A stretch of 64,000 bases of DNA from Curvularia clavata (taxonomy: Eukaryota). Location: positions 1,798,001 through 1,862,000 of the forward strand of contig CP089279.1 of the NCBI GenBank assembly GCA_023920165.1, read 5' to 3'. Every line of letters begins with the position of its first letter. Within the stretch, counting starts at the first letter, position 1. The notes beneath the pieces were generated by a model. The model did not search any database and was not told the origin of the DNA. It worked only from the letters and a program-made list of their open reading frames with translations. The position numbers were made by a program, and so were the translations under genes. Below, piece by piece: positions 60,827 through 64,000 of the stretch.

Positions 60827-63800
60827 GAGATGTTTCATCCATCCCCATGGCGATCAGCCTTAGAGATTTCCTGCACGGATCTTCAATCCTCTTGGGGAAG
60901 GTTTTTTTTTTTTGGAGTTACAAGTAGAGTCGTGTCTGGCTCTCACGAAGGTGGACCATTTGACTTGCGCCAACGGATCCGAACTGTACCAAAATACCTG
61001 ACATTCAATCAGTTACAATAGAAATTTTATTTAGCATATCTGCCTCTGCTATTTGTGACGTTGGTTGCGGCACTGTTCGTCACAGATTGAAGACCACGGG
61101 CTGCCAATGTTGAGGGTATGTTGATTTGTACTGCATTGACCTCGCATAATCCAATGGCTTCGTGGCTCACAGCCACCAATATGAGATTATATCTGCCCTA
61201 TTGGAGCAGACTTCATAATCACACTCTTTAACAACCAAAGGTGTAGCCACTTTTGCCCCGTGCCTCACTAACACAAATTATGGAACACCACGAACGGACC
61301 GAGCCTTGCATTAGCCTAGTATCTTCACACGGTTGGAGGTTTTTGCTGGCATTTATCCTTGGAAAGTGCAAGGGATATGATCCTTTCCATTACCAATGAA
61401 GGCTAGACTTACAACATGTACCCTAGTGGACGAGCGCCTTAGCCGCAAGCTCGTCAGCTGCGAGTGATCGATAATGATCTTAAGAGGGGCAATTATCCAG
61501 GAAAAGTGGCTGTCTTGCCACGCGGACTTTGATCGCAACTGGTAAAGCATGATAATTCTGGACCAATCAGAACGACTCAAAGACAAACGAGCATTCACAG
61601 GATGACTTCTCCTTGTATGGAAGTTCTTTTCACTCAACACCAACTCATCATCAAGTGTGTGGGCTGCTATTTAAGCAAGAACATCCGAGAGAGTTCAGGG
61701 ATGCATTGAAGGTCTCGATTCAGCTATGCAGTTGTCTAATCAGTCAAATATCTATGTCAGACATGAAGCGGATACGTGAAATCGCTCACCATAGTTTGTT
61801 GATTCGTTACCGAGTCAGGCTCTGATGACAAACAATACAAGGTTCTTCGAACTAAAAGCTACGTGCTATTAGTTCACCTCTTAAGTCAACATACCTGCCG
61901 GGATAGGCATTAAGCGCCTTCTTCAAAGTTTGAATGTACGATTCGTTCTGTTTGTGTTGGTTCTATGTGCTTCTAGCAAATCGCGACCAGCTATCAAGGT
62001 AATTTGGGAAGGCTTCGCCACGCCCCGGAGCCTGCATACAATACACTTAAGCCGCTGGTAATTGGCTAACCTTTTGCCTTCTTTTGCCGCTTCGATCTAC
62101 TGGGCAAGACATGTCCAGGTGCGCGAGACCACTGCTGTCAACGGCTACCAGAAGCCGGTCTTACGGAGTGCAACACCAACCAAGGAGCAATCGAAAAATA
62201 TAGTGATTTATCAAGTTCGAGCAGCGTCTAAAGGTCACAGAAGATCTCTAAGTGGTGCTAACGTGCATGGGAACAAAGAGTGGTGTGCTGTCGGTGCAGC
62301 AACCCTGCCTAGCTGGCGTACGCAGGACCCGTGGTCAGAAGTTCCCACTTTCCTACCTCCCGAATTCATGGAACCAATCGAGAAAAAGGATACTAATTTT
62401 TCTTAAAGGTAGACCAAAGTCTCTAAACTGTAAGAAATGGCTACGCGAAACTCGTACGAAGCCCAGAGAGCTGTCAAGTATTCCAGTGGTACTCGAAGAC
62501 CATGCTGCACAATCGCCAAGATTTCAAGGATGCACCATGGTGTAGTGTCTTTATCGAACAATGTAAATCAGACTGTGACATCACTTATGCCAAGTTCGGG
62601 GCAATCAAGTTTTGACATACCTTGACACCACTTTGTGCTTCGTCAACCCTTGACCCAACCCTCGAATCCACTCATCTAACCAGGATAGGCTTTGTATTCG
62701 CAGCAAGCGCAGATGCCCAAGAAAGATCATATGACGCTCAAGATTTAGCTAGGTGCTCCGGGACAGGAATCTTCGTTGGTTGTCCATGTTGTGGCCCTTT
62801 CTGCGACCGCAACGAGCCTTTTACACGCAAAAGCCACCTTGTTCACACCAGGAGGCATGCAGCTGGATCCAGCGAATGGTAAAGAATTTTCTTGTGATGC
62901 CTGACCTAGACTCTCCGTCTGGCCGCGTCGTTCTAATCTGACCCCATGTTCATCACAACCCCATGAATTCTTCTTGGGTAAACGAATAATGATAAGATGA
63001 GGAGATAATCTAGTTATTTGGCTTCGAAGCGAAGGGCTCAAGCTGCTTTTTCCATAGAGAGCAGATCAAAATTCAGATAACAACAGCAGTTTTAAGGTTG
63101 CAAGCTTAGAAGCAGCCAGCTTTATGGGCTCATCCTCTCGTGTATGAAGTTTATCGGGAGCATGTGATCAGAATTGAATGCATGCAGGTGCAAGACATCT
63201 GTCACTCGCTCCCAACAATCGGGCATGCATATGCAGGTCAATCAACCATTTGGGCACAATCCCGTTGCAACCAACATGATGAATTCGCCCTATCAGCACC
63301 AACTCAGATACCATTATCGCTTGAAAAGAGACACCACATCAGCCATACCCCCTGATCTTCTAGCCCCAGTCCTCGTGGGGCAGAGCATGACCAAGCTTAT
63401 GGGGGTTATGCAGCTACTCAGGGATCTTGGCCTCAAGAATCCCACCATGTCATGAGCATGCGGGAGCCATAGCACGGAAAACACAGGCGCCTAATCATCG
63501 GTCTTCTTGACGCAGCCTTGAAATGACTTGGAAACCCTCTGACCATAGGCGTGTGAGCACATGGTTCCGCATTCAAGCCCCAACTACATCAGCACTACTC
63601 GTACTGACCGACGACGGACAAATTAATGGAAAGATGAGATATTTGTGTGTCTCACTTGCAAAGGACCCAAGGCATGCCGAATCGAGCTTACATGCAAGGC
63701 GCAACTTGATTGCCGTCATGCTTCTCTAAGCGCCCATCTCTTGCGGCACAGCAAACACTGGTCGTGACCCTAGTCTATTACCACCATTTACACCCCCAAA

Positions 63801-64000
63801 TCGCGTCCTGACATCTAAACCATTAGGGGGGCTGTGGCTTAGGAGCTAAAAACACTACCGTGCCGCAACAAGCGCCGGCGCGTAGCCAGGTAGTGAAGCG
63901 AAACGACCGACGCTGCCTTAGGACAACGGCTTTTCCTGGGAAAAGGGCCAAAACTAAGTCAGTTTATGATGTGTCGTTCGCGAGCTTTATACTAGTTGAG

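Noticed and set aside
61300..64000. Protein-coding genes from the short ORFs
   Set aside because: ORFs are short, mutually overlapping, lack motifs and give no consistent exon chain.
1..64000. CRISPR array, rRNA genes or telomeric repeats
   Set aside because: Eukaryotic sequence; no regularly spaced repeats, rRNA motifs or (TTAGGG)n arrays seen.

Overview
Filamentous ascomycete DNA, inferred to be Dothideomycete/Pleosporales-like from GT-AG introns, gene set and RIP pattern. It has two compartments. (1) ~130-35178 is an AT-rich, TpA-enriched (RIP-mutated) block of nested transposons: three chromodomain Ty3/Gypsy relics, four solo LTRs, five pogo/Fot1-type elements, two Tc1 families, and at least eight copies of an unclassified SINE-like retroelement that carries an antisense passenger ORF. 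One Tc1 copy at the block edge (33068-35178) still has an open, two-intron DD34E transposase. (2) 35179-64000 is GC-balanced and gene-rich. It holds a decaying amine-catabolism cluster (APC permease, frameshifted peroxisomal copper amine oxidase, ALDH pseudogene), an M28 glutamate carboxypeptidase, a GAS2-domain protein, a RING-CH E3 ligase, proteasome alpha-2 (PRE8), Dicer-like 2 and a possible small spliced ORF. The best novelty candidates are the gene-carrying SINE-like family, an intron-containing antisense Cys-cluster/helical gene inside the Gypsy family, and the AT-rich but intact Tc1 transposase. Everything was read by eye, and 'de-RIPed' translations are inferences.
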